Notes under the pieces: generated by a model
Seen by the model: only the letters and a program-made list of their open reading frames with translations
Database searches by the model: none
What the model was told of the DNA's origin: nothing
Shown here: positions 1 through 14,101 of the stretch, piece by piece
How the letters are laid out: every line of letters starts with the position of its first letter
Position numbering within the stretch: the first letter of the stretch is position 1
NCBI GenBank assembly: GCA_963693365.1
Contig: CAVNZM010000009.1
Location: forward strand, 9,696,081-9,760,080
DNA length: 64,000 bases
Direction of reading: 5' to 3'
Origin: Amoebidium appalachense
Lineage: Eukaryota; Protista; Ichthyosporea
Translations under genes and position numbers: made by a program

Positions 1-157
1 TCATCCATCTGCCCGCAGCCCTCTTGCTTGCTTGTTTATGATTGGATATGAAGTCATGACTGTTAGCTATGATAGGAAGATATATTTTGTTGTGTAATAG
101 AGGATTCCCCTTCCTCTCTCTCGGCAACTCTCCTCATGCACTTCACACACTCACACA

Positions 158-334
<177 letters not shown>

Positions 335-408
335 ACACAAACACACACACACACACACACATTCACGCACTTACTCTCTCACTCACACACACACATACAT
401 ATACACAG

Positions 409-613
409 GTAGGAGACGGTGATGCAGACGACGGTACAGGCCGGCATAAGCGCAGCATCTCTCTGTGGACCAGTGAAGAAAAACAGGACTTTATGCGCTA
501 TTTTAGGGTGTGTGGGCGCAACTGGCAGAAACTGGCTGAGGCAATACCCTCAAAGACACAGAACCAAATCAAGAACTACTTCCAAAACTACAGGAACAAG
601 CTCAACCCGGCGC

Positions 614-615
<2 letters not shown>
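409..615 (+). CDS. Exon of a SANT/Myb-domain protein (NCoR/Snt1-like SANT repeat)
   Basis: Translates ...SLWTSEEKQDFMRYFRVCGRNWQKLAEAIPSKTQNQIKNYFQNYRNKLN, a typical SANT/Myb pattern. Flanked by (CA)n...cag acceptor and gtgtgt donor. Confidence 0.85.
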
Positions 616-683
<68 letters not shown>

Positions 684-870
684 ACGTGCATGTGTGTGGT
701 AATGTGTGTAAATGGCAATTTGGCAAACATTTAGGCGCCCGTGTACGCGCACATACACAAGCATGCAATCACGCACGGACGGTTGCATGGATACATGACA
801 CACAACTTTTTCATGTACACCTACAAGCATACATACAGGCACATGCGTGCACATGCACGCACACACTCGC

Positions 871-1804
871 TGTTGTAATACGTAGTATTTACATATTGTA
901 AGATCTTCTCAGTTCGTGTTATGTTTTCATTCATTTACTTAGTGAAAGAGATGTGCTCCTTGTACGTAAATTATGACATCGATCTCCAGTGTATTTGAGT
1001 ACTTGTAATCGTGTTGTGTCGGCTATATTCGTGTGTTTAGATATCGATTACAGCAACTGATTATAGGTACACGAGTCTACCCAGTGAGGGAGAAACGTGT
1101 ACATGTTATGTGTACATGAATATCTTCGGTTATAACTGTGTTTTCATGTTCGTGTTTTCTGTCCTGCTTTCTTTTCTTTTTCCTCTTTCTTCTTCTTTCT
1201 TTTCTCTTTCTTTCTTCTCTTGTTTCCTTTCACATAATTATATTTCTCTCTCACTAATATACGTTGAGTAGATTTATATTACTCGTTATGTTTTGATTGG
1301 TAGAAAAACACTTAGGTTACACTTTAGCTTGTCAGGTATGATTCATAGCTTAGTCAACCACTTTTGTTTTGTGTGTTGCCGTACTATATCCAATCAGTGG
1401 ACTTAGTCAGAAAATGTCTGAGTCTTTGTAGCCGATGATAGGTTAGAAACATCACCTCTTTCCTCGTTACTCTTCACCTCATTTCTTTCTTATAGCTGTG
1501 ACCTATGGTGTGCGTTCCTGTGTCTCCGGATCTATCCGGGAAATAATCAGTTAATTGTGATTGGTTATTTTAGACATAGATCTGATTTCCGACTGGTCGG
1601 AAATCATGTATGGATTTAACTTAAGGGAATTTCAGGTATTTATTCGAGATCAAAATAAATTGAGTTCAGTCGTGTCTAAACATTGATGTCTGTTATGTAC
1701 ACTGCTCCGATCGTTCCGTGTTTTGTTGTTGTGTGTGTCTGTGGTGTTTTCACACTGCACCACTGTGTCTCTGCTTACATCCCAAATACTTATACAATTT
1801 AACA
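871..1804 (+). mobile_element. Solo Copia LTR (family B) in the SANT gene intron
   Basis: TGTTG...TAACA termini and 5-bp TSD CTCGC (866-870, 1805-1809). Sequence appears identical by eye to the LTRs at 31836-32769 and 35038-35962 (reverse strand). Confidence 0.95.
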
Positions 1805-2209
1805 CTCGCACGCGTGTACACACACACACACACATGCGCAGAGACAGAGTTCTCACTGTCCAGCTGCTAAAATCGGAGTTTGCAGGTATATGTTGAACCA
1901 ACCCCCCCCCCCCCCCCCATCTCTCTCGCCCTCTCCATCCTCCCTCGTAATATTATGTTTTCTGTTTGAATGGCTCGATTTCGTAGTTTTGGGACGTTAA
2001 GTTGTATTTGTCCAATGGTGTCTCCTCATCTTTAGCACTCTAATGCATTACCTCCCCCCTCCCCCCTCCCCCCCCCCCTTCCCCTCTTGGCATATAACAA
2101 TAACTAATCACAGCAACTATATACCCCCCCCCCCCCCCCCCCCCCCACACACACACACAGCCCCAACACACACACACGTTCACACTCACACCGTATGTCT
2201 GCATGCACA

Positions 2210-2501
2210 GAGTGGGCCTGGTGATGGTGATGGCCGTGTACGTCGTTGGTCCAAAGTTGCTGCCGGGGACATGTCCATGTGTGGGCCTAGCCCCCCAGCA
2301 TCCCACCCACCACGGCACCTGGGTCCCCCCCTGGCTGGCTGCAAAGAGATGAAAGTCAGCAGCAAGGGATGCCTGCACTGCCTGCTTTGCCGACGGTAGG
2401 TTACGAGTGCATGTGCACCTGTAATATACATGCTCATATACATGTATACACTCACAGAGGGGGAGAGAAGTGGGAGGGAGATAAAGTGAGAGAGTGAGAG
2501 T

Positions 2502-2532
<31 letters not shown>

Positions 2533-3889
2533 GGGAGGGGGGGGGGGGGGAGACAGGGAGGGGGGAAGGGGTGGAAGGGGAAGAGAGAGAAAAAAGGGAT
2601 GAATGCATCCCTCTCCCCCCACACCCACAGACAGACACAGACACGGGAAGCCCACACACACGAATAGATCCAGTTACCAAACACTGCACAGCCATGCATG
2701 CACACATGTGCCGACAACCATTACACAGCCATTAGAGAAGGTCGCATGAAATTTGATGTCAAGGGAGGCAGGGTGGCTGTCTTTTACCTGTTTGTGTTTA
2801 TGGTAGTGGTGGTGGGGTGTGTGTGAGAGTGGGAGGGAGGGAGGGAGGGAGAGAGGGATAGAGAAAGGCGGGTGGGTGGGTGGGTGGGTGGGTGGGTGAG
2901 TGTGTATGTGTATGTGTGTGTATGTATGTGTGTGGGGGGGAGGGGGGGAGGGGAGGGGAGGGGGTGGTCAACAAGGCCGTGTAATGACCACATATTGCTG
3001 AAACCGATGCAGAGACATGCTACACACAGACAGGCGCAGACACATGCACACACCATGCACACACGTGCACTGACACCTTTCTTTTCGGTTCCTGTGTACA
3101 GGACACGGTTGGTGATGAGGGTGAGGGCATGCCTCTGCGTCGCCAACCCTCCATGGTTACTCCCAACGACACACAATACCAGATGGTTTCAACAAAACCA
3201 CGCCCTGTGGCCTATGCCCCATACCGCCCGGTTGTGGAAGGTATGTGCTCGCACTCATTCCTTTCATTTTCCCTCTCCCCCTCATGCACGCAGACACGTA
3301 GACACGACATAGATACCGATTCCTTGTGCTTGTGCCTTACCTTTGCTGTCTTGTTTCATGTCCACCACCCCCACCCCCACCACCCACCACACGCACGTGC
3401 GCAGGCACAGAGACATCGAATTCCCTCTGCCATCCGCATCTTTTTTTCTGTTTCTCCGTCGTTGTAGCTCCACAGTGCATATGCCATAATGAACTGCCAT
3501 CCCCCAATGATGTGATTGGAGGAATATTGTATGGTGTGGTGGCGCCCCCGAGGATACTAGTCTTTATATGCCACTGCTTTTCCAGCTGGTGCTTAACTGT
3601 AAAATGGTGTAGGGACATAGAACAAACAAGGGTGAATGGAGAAGAAATGTAAAGGAGGGATGTGGGGCAATGAGGGAGGGATGCATACCTGCTAAAAAAA
3701 ATACCAGGGGTGGGGGGGGGGAGGGGAAGGGGGGGGGGGGGGGGAGAGGGGGAGGGAGTGAGGGAGGGACGGAGATGGTGGGAGGGAGAGGCGCGTCCTT
3801 CCAGCAGTTATACTGACCCCCCCCCCCCTCCCCCTTGAACATGAACACACACACACACACACACACACGCGCGTGCACACACAAACAGA

Positions 3890-3982
<93 letters not shown>

Positions 3983-4160
3983 CAAGCCATTGGGCCGTCC
4001 GTCTCTGCCCGAAGGCTATTCATCGGATATGGGTGACCGTCCCCTGCCTCACCAATTGCGTCAGGAAAGTTGCCTCGTTCTCTTTTCGGCTTCTGTCTTG
4101 CACACACGGCTTATCTCAAGAGCATCATGAGCTACTCTGTTGGGTAGCTGTTTGTGGTTG
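2210..4160 (+). CDS. Probable downstream exons of the SANT gene (approx. 2210-2395, 3102-3240, 3982-~4160)
   Basis: Non-repetitive blocks between microsatellite introns, bounded by cag and gt. No recognisable domain; phases not fully verified. Confidence 0.4.
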
Positions 4161-4637
4161 ACCGAGGCCATCATTTATATAGTTTCACAGCGATCCGGTC
4201 TACCACATGGTCCAATAGGAAAGTACTTATGTTTTCCATATATAGGATCTTGACAGTATTTAAAGCGGCCACCACGCAGAAGTGGACCCTGTGATTGGTG
4301 AGACCACCCATGTGTACATCAAGGCTTTTCAATATTTTCCTAACTGATCTCCAAAGAAGGATTCCCAACTTCGATGGCCCGGTGGCACGATAAGCGGCAG
4401 CAGTCTGTTTCTTCTCAGAACCACTGTGGGCACGTGAAACTCCGAAGTGGCTGTCCGCCACATAAAGCAAGAACTCTACTTCCATTTACAAAATAGCTAC
4501 ATGTGTATAGAATGCTTGCCATAACATCAATATATAGAGCATGCCATCAAAGATACATGGGGGACAATCTGTTTTGAAAGCCAGAAGCTGATAAATGACA
4601 TCGCACTTTGAAACCTGGAGCTATACAGGGAAACATT

Positions 4638-5297
4638 CTAGTCCCTATCAAACACCATCCCCCCCTCCATGGTAGATTCTGAAAGGAAACCACGTTGTCT
4701 GGCCTTCCAAGCCTCCGGCACCTCCGGATCCTCCAACATCTCCCGCACCCACTCATCACGCAATGCCACTGCCTCCTCCATGGTAGCTATTTTTGATTCA
4801 AAAATTATCTTTTCTTTTGTTTTTGGGTCCCGAAAACGGACGCAGTAGTAGGATGGCCCCTTTCTAAATCTGCGATATTCCACACCCCAGTATTTGCTTT
4901 TGTTTGATTCTTTATGGTTCAGCTTGGCTGTCCACTGTTCCTTTGCCTTTTGCCTCTCCTCCTCGTTATAGTCATACTGCAGGCGGCCCAGGGAAGTATT
5001 TGTGATAATCTTGCGCTTGGTAACACCCTCTTCCATCAAAAAAGTAGCCATTCGGTCGTAAACCACTGCTGCCGCACGAGGATCGTCAAAGTAGCCGAAG
5101 GAGTGTTTAGCAACCTGAACTCTCCATTTCTTGGACCGTCGGTCGAAAAAGATGCCACGACAAATCTTCTCATCTCCCTTACCACTCAAAGTACTGTAGC
5201 ACCTCGAATTCTCAGCTCTCACCATTCCAGTCTTCATACCGACAACCACAGGAACTGCAAAGCCGCAACGAGTGAACACACAATCCTGAGGCACCAC
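4638..5297 (-). CDS. Terminal exon encoding two AP2-like DNA-binding domains
   Basis: RGIFFDRRSKKWRVQV...FGYFDDPRAAAVVYDRMA and SKYWGVEY...YYCVRFRDP...ATMEEAVALRDEW match the AP2 three-strand-plus-helix pattern. A cag acceptor lies directly upstream on the minus strand. Confidence 0.75.
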   Translation of the reverse strand: MVPQDCVFTRCGFAVPVVVGMKTGMVRAENSRCYSTLSGKGDEKICRGIFFDRRSKKWRVQVAKHSFGYFDDPRAAAVVYDRMATFLMEEGVTKRKIITNTSLGRLQYDYNEEERQKAKEQWTAKLNHKESNKSKYWGVEYRRFRKGPSYYCVRFRDPKTKEKIIFESKIATMEEAVALRDEWVREMLEDPEVPEAWKARQRGFLSESTMEGGMVFDRD

Positions 5298-5696
5298 CTG
5301 GTATGAATATCAGTCATGAGTACAAGCAATAGAACGGGATGGAAAACGAAAATAATATTCAGGTTGTGAGTTTAAAATAGGGGGGAATGTGTCACGTATT
5401 TTTTTTAAGAATTGGGCTCTCATTACAACCCTGTCAGGTTCTTCCATCGGCCGAAAAAAATGTGATGACGTCACGTTCCAAACTTAGAGCAGCTGGCCAT
5501 GGTATTTGTCTTGCACGAACACAAACACGCACATACACAAAAAACACACACACACACACACACATGCAAACAATGCCATGTTCTGCCTGTTTTCCTGACA
5601 TTATCTCCCTCTCTCCCCCCTCCCTCCCTCCCCCCTCCCCCCCCCCCCCCCCCCCCAGCACGCACCCACGCATGCACGCACATACACACGCGCACG

Positions 5697-5746
<50 letters not shown>

Positions 5747-6746
5747 CACACATTGCCATGTTCTGCCTGGTTTCCTGACAATATCATGCCCTCCCTCCCT
5801 CCCTCCCTCCCTCCCTCCCTCCCCCCCCCCAGCACGCACTCACGCATGCACGCACATACACACGCACACACACGCACACGCGCACGCATGCGCACGCACG
5901 CGCACGCGCACGCACGCGCACGCGCGCACACGCACGCGCGCACACGCACGCACACACACACGCACGCACACACGGCGTGCACACGCACACACACACACGC
6001 ACACACACACGCACGCACGCACACGCACGCACGCACGCACGCACGCACACGCACACGCACACGCACACGCACACGCACACGCACACGCACACACACCACA
6101 CACCAAACAATACCCGTCACCAAAAAGCACACAAATGCTTGCTATAGGTAGCCACATCCAACTTCCTAATCACAACGAGGGAGCTTACCAAATAACAAAG
6201 GGAGGAAAAATAATGAGTATGAGGGGTGTACCTAGCTCACTTCTCACCAACAGAAGGACACATAATGAGCACATGGGAATAAAGCCAAAGTGCAAATCAA
6301 GGAACATGAGGGGCAGAGATAATCAAAGATTAACGAGAGACGCCAGATTATGAAGTAAATTAAACCAAATGGACTGAGCTGTGAGGAAACACCGACTACT
6401 GTTCAGGGGCCCGAGAGTGGGAGGCTAGCGGAGAGAGTGTGCTTGCGTGTGCGTGACTTTGAAAAGGCAATCGAGTGTCTGCACACATGCTTGTGTACTA
6501 CGGTGTGTGGGGTGCTTGATTGTGTGTGTGGTATCGGTGTGGGTCTGGGTGTGGGGGCATGTGCGTGTGTGTGTATGTGCATGTTTTGGTGTTGTGTGCT
6601 GCCGGTGCCGGTGCCGGTGCCGGTGAGTGAGTGATTGATTGGGTTAGTGTGTGTATGTGTAAGCCAGTGTGTGAGTATTTATGCGCGTTTTTGTGTGCCC
6701 GTTTGTATTCCTTACTTTCTCTCATCTCCCCCGCCTTTTTTTTTTT

Positions 6747-6797
<51 letters not shown>

Positions 6798-7102
6798 TTA
6801 GTCGTGAAAGGGTGTACTCTAGTGGAAACTGCTAAGGTAGCATGAGTGCAATAAAGGAAACCCACTTTCCGCATCTCAGTCCGTGTGGTTTTGCCAGTGT
6901 GCGCGGTTGCAGACACCGATGCAATGGCTGCAAACCCACGCCTGCTCGTGTTCACACCCCATTTGCGTATTTTAGAATCCCAAACGTGCTCCAACGCACT
7001 CTGCATAAAAGCCAAGTTAGCACACCTGCATGGAAAGTTATGTGTATTGCATGAGCGCAAAGTAAAGCCAGACACTGGCAAAAGCTTTTCCATGGCCAGT
7101 GA

Positions 7103-7194
7103 TGTTGGAATACGTCACCATGTATGACAGCAAGAGCCTCGAAGTTTGTATGTGTCCTAGCTTGTTTGTATTCGTGTCTGCTTTCCCTCTTTGT

Positions 7195-7246
<52 letters not shown>

Positions 7247-10200
7247 CCCCCCCCCCCCCCCCCCCGTATCTCTCTCTCCCTTGTTTCTGTGGGCACAGAT
7301 ATCTGTAGATCTGTGCACACCTGGCTCTCTTGCCTGATAAGAACTTATTGTATTTTATTTCTGTTTGCTCTCCTCTGTTTATCTGAGAGGTAGCGTGATT
7401 GGCTAGCCTCACTCGCTGTCTTTCCTTTATTCAAAATGGCTTAGTTTTGTTCTCAAAAGGATGGCTCGCCAATAGTCGCGAGCGAGTACATCTGTAGATT
7501 GTGTTGTGCATTCCTGTCTGTTAATATATGTGTGTTGTGATTGGACAATAGATATATATGGAATTCGGTTTATTGCAAAGTGTCTTCACTTTGAGAGTGT
7601 CGACTATTAGGAAATATATGTATTTAAATAGGTTTCTCTATAGAGACGAACATAAATATATATGTGAGTTAATAGTGACTAGATGTATAATTACTTAATT
7701 TATTTAAGTAAGAGTTTCTACACTTTAGTTTAATCGGAAGTTGGAATGCGTATGCTCTGTCGGAATGTGTTTTTCTATCTTCTGATAGAACCGATTGGTT
7801 TTCCCTCTTTAGTTGTGATAAGGTGATAAGTCGCAAGTACAAAAGGAACCGAGAGCACAATAAAGATTCAGTTGTTGTTTGAAATCTTTTCAATGTCTCG
7901 TGAACAACTCCGATTGCCCTCTCATTAATGTGTTAGTCGTGTTTTACATGACACCTCTGTGCACTCTGCTCCCTCCCACGCTATGGAGCAGTACTGCCAG
8001 TCCAAGGACATCATTCAGGAATTTGCCCCCGTTGACTGCCCCCAACTCAACGGCTTCGTTGAACGTAAGATGAGGGATCTGCAGGAGATCGTTCGGTGCT
8101 TCCTTCATCAGGACAAGGCCGACTCCCTTTCCCCCAAGCTGTGGGGAGCTGCTCTCAAGCATGCTGCCTACATCATCAACGTGACCCCGGCCAGAGCTGC
8201 CAATGGCCGTACACCGTTTGAAATTTTCTACGGTGTCAAGCCTGACATCTCCCACCTGCACGTGTTCGGCTGCCCAGCCTATGTACACGTGTACACGTCC
8301 CTGCATCCAAACGAGACAAGTTGGCCTCTACCGTCAAACTCGGCACCTACGTGGGCTGGGATATCAAAAACAAAGCCCACAAGATCATGAATCTACGTGG
8401 CAACACGGTCAACCTCTACCGCGATGTCGTCTTCGACGAATCACAATTCACCACGGCATCCAATCAGATTTCTGTGCAGGCCACGAATCAGACGACCTCA
8501 ATCGATTCATCCCTGCATTCCGGAAATTCCAATTCCGATGACGATGAAAATCCGTCGGTGATTATCCGTCGTCCCCCCGTCGTGTACCTGCCCCCGTGGC
8601 TCCACCCACCCCCCCCCCCCCACCGGCCAGCAACCCCTGCTGCCGGCCCCTGCCATCAATGACCACGTACCTGGTCATCCCACCCCGGTTCGTCCTGGGT
8701 CTCCGGAGTTCCACTCGGCCCCGTCCAGCCCCGTGTTATCCGACTCCCCCCTCAACACGGCACCCATCCCTGGCTTCCAGGCCCCCATCCCCGACCACCG
8801 AGTGTCTGTCCCAGACACCCCCCCGGCCCCTGAGCCACTCCGTACCGTCCCCCGTCGTTCCTCCCGTCTCTCCTCCCGGCCTGCCATGGCTATGGTGAGC
8901 ATCTCCCGACCCAGCCTTGATGTGTCTCAGCTGCCCCGGTCAATTCAGAAGCTGTGCTCTGGCACCAAGCGTGATGAAGTGGTGACTGCCCTCACTGCCG
9001 AGTACAAGGCTTTCATCGACAAGGACATCTTCGACGTAGTTGAGCCCCCCTCCGATGCCAACATCATCCGATTCAAGTGGATTGTCACGGAGAAGGTCCT
9101 CAACTCTGCTGGTGACACCAAGATCAAGGGTCGTGGTGTGGCCAAGGGTTTCACCCAAGTCTACGGTGTTGACTACGGTGAAAACTCTTCCCCCGTCGTC
9201 ATGTCCTCCTCCGTCCGTGCCCTGCTTGCCCTCGGTGTGCAACAGGACCACGAGATCCATCAACTCGACATCAGCACGGCCTTCCTCAACAGCCCCCTCG
9301 ACGAGACTTTGTACATGGAGCAACCTCCTGGTTTTATCCTCCCTGGCAATGAACACAAAGTCTGGAAACTCAAGAAGGCCCTCTACGGACTCAAGCAGGC
9401 ATCCCTGGCATGGTACGAGTTCTTCAACTCCATTCTCCGGCCCACGGCCTCACCCGTCTCCGTTCCGATCCGTGTGTCTACTTCCGTCAGTTCCCCAACG
9501 GGCACATCATCCGTTCGGGCAACTACGTTGATGATGCCATCATCACCTGCACACGGAACTCCACCATCATGCAGGGGCTTGTTCGTCACATCACGAAGTC
9601 TGCCGAGTGCAAGGTCGGTCTGCCAGACATCTTCCTCGGCACCCAACTGCTGTACACCCGTGACTCCCTCAAGCTGCTGCAGTCCTCCTACATCAAGGAC
9701 ATCATCACCGACTTCAACCTGGTCGATGCCAAGCCTAAGGCCACCCCTATTCCCGTGGGCACCATCATCAACGAGACCTCCCTCTCATCCCTGCCCACCA
9801 CCGTCCCCTACCGTGAACTCCTCGGCCGTCTGCTGTGGGTTGCTCGGTGCTCCCGGCCTGACATCTCGTATGCCATTGGCTACCTCGGCCGATTCAGCTC
9901 CAAGCCCACCAAGACTGCCTGGGAGCTTCTCCTCCGTGTCGTTCGTTACCTGCTCGGCACCATCAACCTCGGCCTCTACTACAAGAAGAAAGCCCCCAAC
10001 AGCAAGGTGCCCATCCTTGAGTGCTACTCGGATTCTGACTTTGCTGGTTGCCCCACCACCCGTCGTTCCACGTCTGGGTACGTCATCCTCCTCGAAGGCT
10101 CCCCCGTCACCTACCACTCCAAGCTGCAGACGATCACTGCAACTTCCACCTGTGAGGCCGAGCTCCTGGCCCTCAATGCTGCCGTGCAAGATGTTGTCTG

Positions 10201-11291
10201 GCACCGTGATCTACTAAAGGAGCTGGGCTACCCCATGACCGAGCCCACCCCAGTGTACTGTGACAATCAGTCCACCATTGCTCTGGTCCACTCCAACACC
10301 ATCAAGCACCGGACCAAGCACATTGCCGTTCGTTACTTCAACACCAAGGACTACATCAACAGTGGGGACGTCACTGTCACCTACATCGACACCAAGAAGA
10401 ACCTGGCCGACATCTTCACCAAGCCTCTGGCTGGTCCGGCCCACGACACACACCGTGCCAACCTCAGTCTCCGTGACTGACCCGTGCACTGGTGTTCATC
10501 ATCGAGTGGTTTCTGAGTAGGTTGGGGCCCTGGACAGCAGTTGACACACCTACGGTGATCAAGATGCCTCCCAACGAAAGTCTACTACTCCTCATCGTTT
10601 CTCTTCATCAGTGGGGACTCAGTCTTCCATCGTCATATGTGTGCATCTTCAGTGGGGATTATTCTCCACCATCCGTCGTTTATTTATATTCATATCCCAC
10701 CATATATATTGGTTTTCTTCTATATTCGACTTTATATATATGTCGAACTGGGATGGCGTCCCAGTATAAATAATTATCTATAGCCATGACGTGCTGGTTG
10801 ACTGCCAGTCTAAACCTAGTCCACGGGATGCACCTTCCCCGTGTCTTAACTGGTTGACCACCAGTCTATAAATCAGTCCACAAGATGTTCATGCCTTGTG
10901 TTTACCTGGGTGGTCCCCAGTATAAACCATTAGCCACCAACACGTCACACATACACTAGTGTTTCCTATATATATATATATATCGCCGATAACCCCCATG
11001 ATTTCTTATTTCGAGTCTTCAGAGGCAACCGTCGTTGTGTGCCTCTTCAGTTTTGATACTCTCCTTCCCACCTCAAGGATCTTCGGTTTGCATCCTCGAG
11101 TGGGGAAACTTGAGTGTGACGGCCCCTCCTGTGTTTGGACCTCATATACCGTCACATCAACAGACACGAGAACACAAACTTCAACCCCTTGAGTGGGGAT
11201 GTTGGAATATGTCACCATGTATGACAGCAAGAGCCTTGAAGTATGTATGTGTCCTAGCTTGTTTGTATTCGTGTCTGCTTTCCCTCTTTGT

Positions 11292-11375
<84 letters not shown>

Positions 11376-12107
11376 CGTATCTCTCTCTCCCTTGTTTCTG
11401 TGGGCACAGATATCTGTAGATCTGTGCACACCTGGCTCTCTTGCCTGATAAGAACTTATTGTATTTTATTTCTGTTTGCTCTCCTCTGTTTATCTGAGAG
11501 GTAGCGTGATTGGCTAGCCTCACTCGCTGTCTTTCCTTTATTTCAAAATGGCTTAGTTTTGTTCTCAAAAGGATGGCTCGCCAATAGTCGCGAGCGAGTA
11601 CATCTGTAGATTGTGTTGTGCATTCCTGTCTGTTAATATATGTGTGTTGTGATTGGACAATAGATATATATGGAATTCGGTTTATTGCAAAGTGTCTTCA
11701 CTTTGAGAGTGTCGACTATTAGGAAATATATGTATTTAAATAGGTTTCTCTATAGAGACGAACATAAATATATAGGTGAGTTAATAGTGACTAGATGTAT
11801 AATTACTTAATTTATTTAAGTAAGAGTTTCTACACTTTAGTTTAATCGGAAGTTGGAATGCGTATGCTCTGTCGGAATGTGTTTTTCTATCTTCTGATAG
11901 AACCGATTGGTTCTCCCTCTTTAGTTGTGATAAGGTGATAAGTCGCAAGTACAAAAGGAACCGAGAGCACAATAAAGATTCAGTTGTTGTTTGAAATCTT
12001 TTCAATGTCTCGTGAACAACTCCGATTGCCCTCTCATTAATGTGTTAGTCGTGTTTTACATGACACCTCTGTGCACTCTGCTCCCTTAGACCCGTACAAA
12101 AACAACA
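7103..12107 (+). mobile_element. Ty1/Copia retrotransposon (family A), internally deleted (no PBS, gag, protease or integrase N-terminus)
   Basis: LTRs at 7103-~7974 (3' end truncated) and 11200-12107 (TG...CA). TSD AGTGA on both sides. PPT TTGAGTGGGGA at 11189-11199. Confidence 0.95.
7975..10480 (+). pseudogene. Copia pol remnant: integrase C-half, RT, RNase H (frameshifted)
   Basis: PQLNGFVER...LWGAAL...TPFEIFYG..PDISHLHVFGC (integrase); QLDISTAFLN, LKKALYGLKQA, YVDD (RT); YSDSDFAG, STCEAE, CDNQS, TKHIAVR, LADIFTK (RNase H). Frame changes near 8330 and 9440. Confidence 0.93.
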
Positions 12108-13726
12108 AGTGACGCCGGTCGAAATAAATGCAAGGTCACAATGTATGCGGAAAAGCTTAAAACACACGCAGAGTGGAGCATATAATAGTCCCGCTTACGT
12201 GCATACACAAACACTTGCGATATGATCGCCTCCTTATCTACATCGAGCTACATCAATACATGCAAAGCACCAAACGACTTACCAAAGGGCTCGGCCGGCA
12301 GAAGGCGTTGTTGGAGATCATTCTTGTGGCAGCAGCAGGCCTTGCGCCCCATGCAAAGCTGGTCATCTTTTGAAAAGTAGAGGCATGGTATACGTTCTCC
12401 CTTAGAAGACCCTGCATTTTTTATTTAGTTTTATTCTATTTTTATTTTTATTTTATATTTATTTCTATATATTTATTATTTTTGATTGGGGGAGAGGGGG
12501 GGGGGGAGGTTGAGGAAAAGACGAGAAGTGGAGGGTAAGGGGTGAGAGATAAGTTGGAGGGGAAGGGGAGGAGGCAACAGAGTGAGGGAATGAGAGCCTT
12601 GTCCATAATATAGGTGCCACAGTGGGAAAACAAAAATAGAGCATTCAATATAAAAACAAAACCTACCAAAAAAAAAGGAACCGATAGCATGCACAGGTTA
12701 GAGCCACTTTAAAACTCGTTAGGGGAAACAAGGGGGAGGAGGGGAGGGGGAGGGGGGGGGGGGGGGGGAGCGAATGGAAGAGGAAACGGGACGAGGGAAG
12801 GGATCTCGCGGGCGAGAGGGAGGTGTGGACGGGTGGGGCAGAGGGAAGGGGGCGAGACTGGTAGGGAAGGAGGGAGAGTTGAAGGTGGGAGGGTGGGAAA
12901 CAGAGAGGGATAGGAAGGAGCGGTGGGGTTATAATGAGAAACACGGTACGAAGTACAATTACACGTCGGAAAACACGTTTGCAGGGCACATGCAAAGGCG
13001 AACATTCAAGTATGCAACATCAGCAACTCACAATGTGCAACATAGCAGAGCCCATCCTCCGGGGGGGGAAGGGGGGGGGGGGGGGTGTTCAAGATCGCGG
13101 CCTGGGGGGGCGGGGGGGGGGGGGGGGGGGGTTACGTAGGCTGAAGCACAGAATATACGGACTGTACAAAATGGAGACACCAATCAATTTGAACTTTCAG
13201 GCGCTGAATTCGGATGAAAGCAGACGAACACATCTCAAGGAACGGAAATCAATTCCACGCGGTTTGCTTGCTTTTCGCAAAACGAACATTTATATATATA
13301 TAGGTACAGGAAAAAACTGTGGAAATTTAGAAAACCGCTTGAATAGTGTGTTCGGGGAGCCATCGAGAAGGAGGGGGGGGGGGGGGGGGGGGGGGGGGGA
13401 GGCTCTTTGACTGCAGGCAGCAAGAATTGCCACTTCATGTAACCCAACCCTGCAATTGTAACCTTGCACATATCCAACACTCAGAAGACCACTTCGGATG
13501 TGCCCAACAACCCACTTGTTTTATAAGAGGAAAGACACACCTGATAGAGTTTTGCCGGTGTGCTGAACATGTTGCCAGCGCAAGGTTGGCCGTCTTTCTT
13601 GCTGCATTTACTCCCCTCCTTACATTGCAGGCGCTCACACACTGGGCCGGAATTGTAGCACTTCCCTTGGTTTTATCCAGTAAATCCTGTCAGCCTGGGA
13701 AGCTAGAACTGATGCACACCGTGGCT

Positions 13727-13990
13727 GTCAGTGCGAGGAAAAAAAGATTGTCGTGGATAGCCCCAAACTTTCTTAAAAATAAACAAAAAAAAATTGTCGT
13801 GGATAGCCCCAACCTTTTTTTTTTTTTTTTTTTCCTTTTGACTTGATTTATTCGACGGAAAGAGATGCAAGTATGCACGGCATACTGAAAGACAATAAAA
13901 ACTTCACGAGTTATCCAGTAACAAGTGCATACTGAGATACCTCACTGTGTGAAAATCATATAAATACTCAATGTGGCGACCAACAGGATT

Positions 13991-14029
<39 letters not shown>

Positions 14030-14101
14030 ACTTACAGCGCCGGCGACTACGGGGCTTGAAGTGTGGGGTTATCCACGATAATCTTTTTTCTTCGCCCTGA
14101 C
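13727..14101. repeat. ~45-bp imperfect inverted repeats flanking ~375 bp (MITE-like)
   Basis: gtcagtgcgaggaaaaaaagattgtcgtggatagccccaaactt at 13727 matches the reverse complement of ~14059-14101. No TSD found. Confidence 0.4.

Noticed and set aside
4171-4485. 104-aa minus-strand ORF downstream of the AP2 exon
   Set aside because: No recognisable motif or codon bias.
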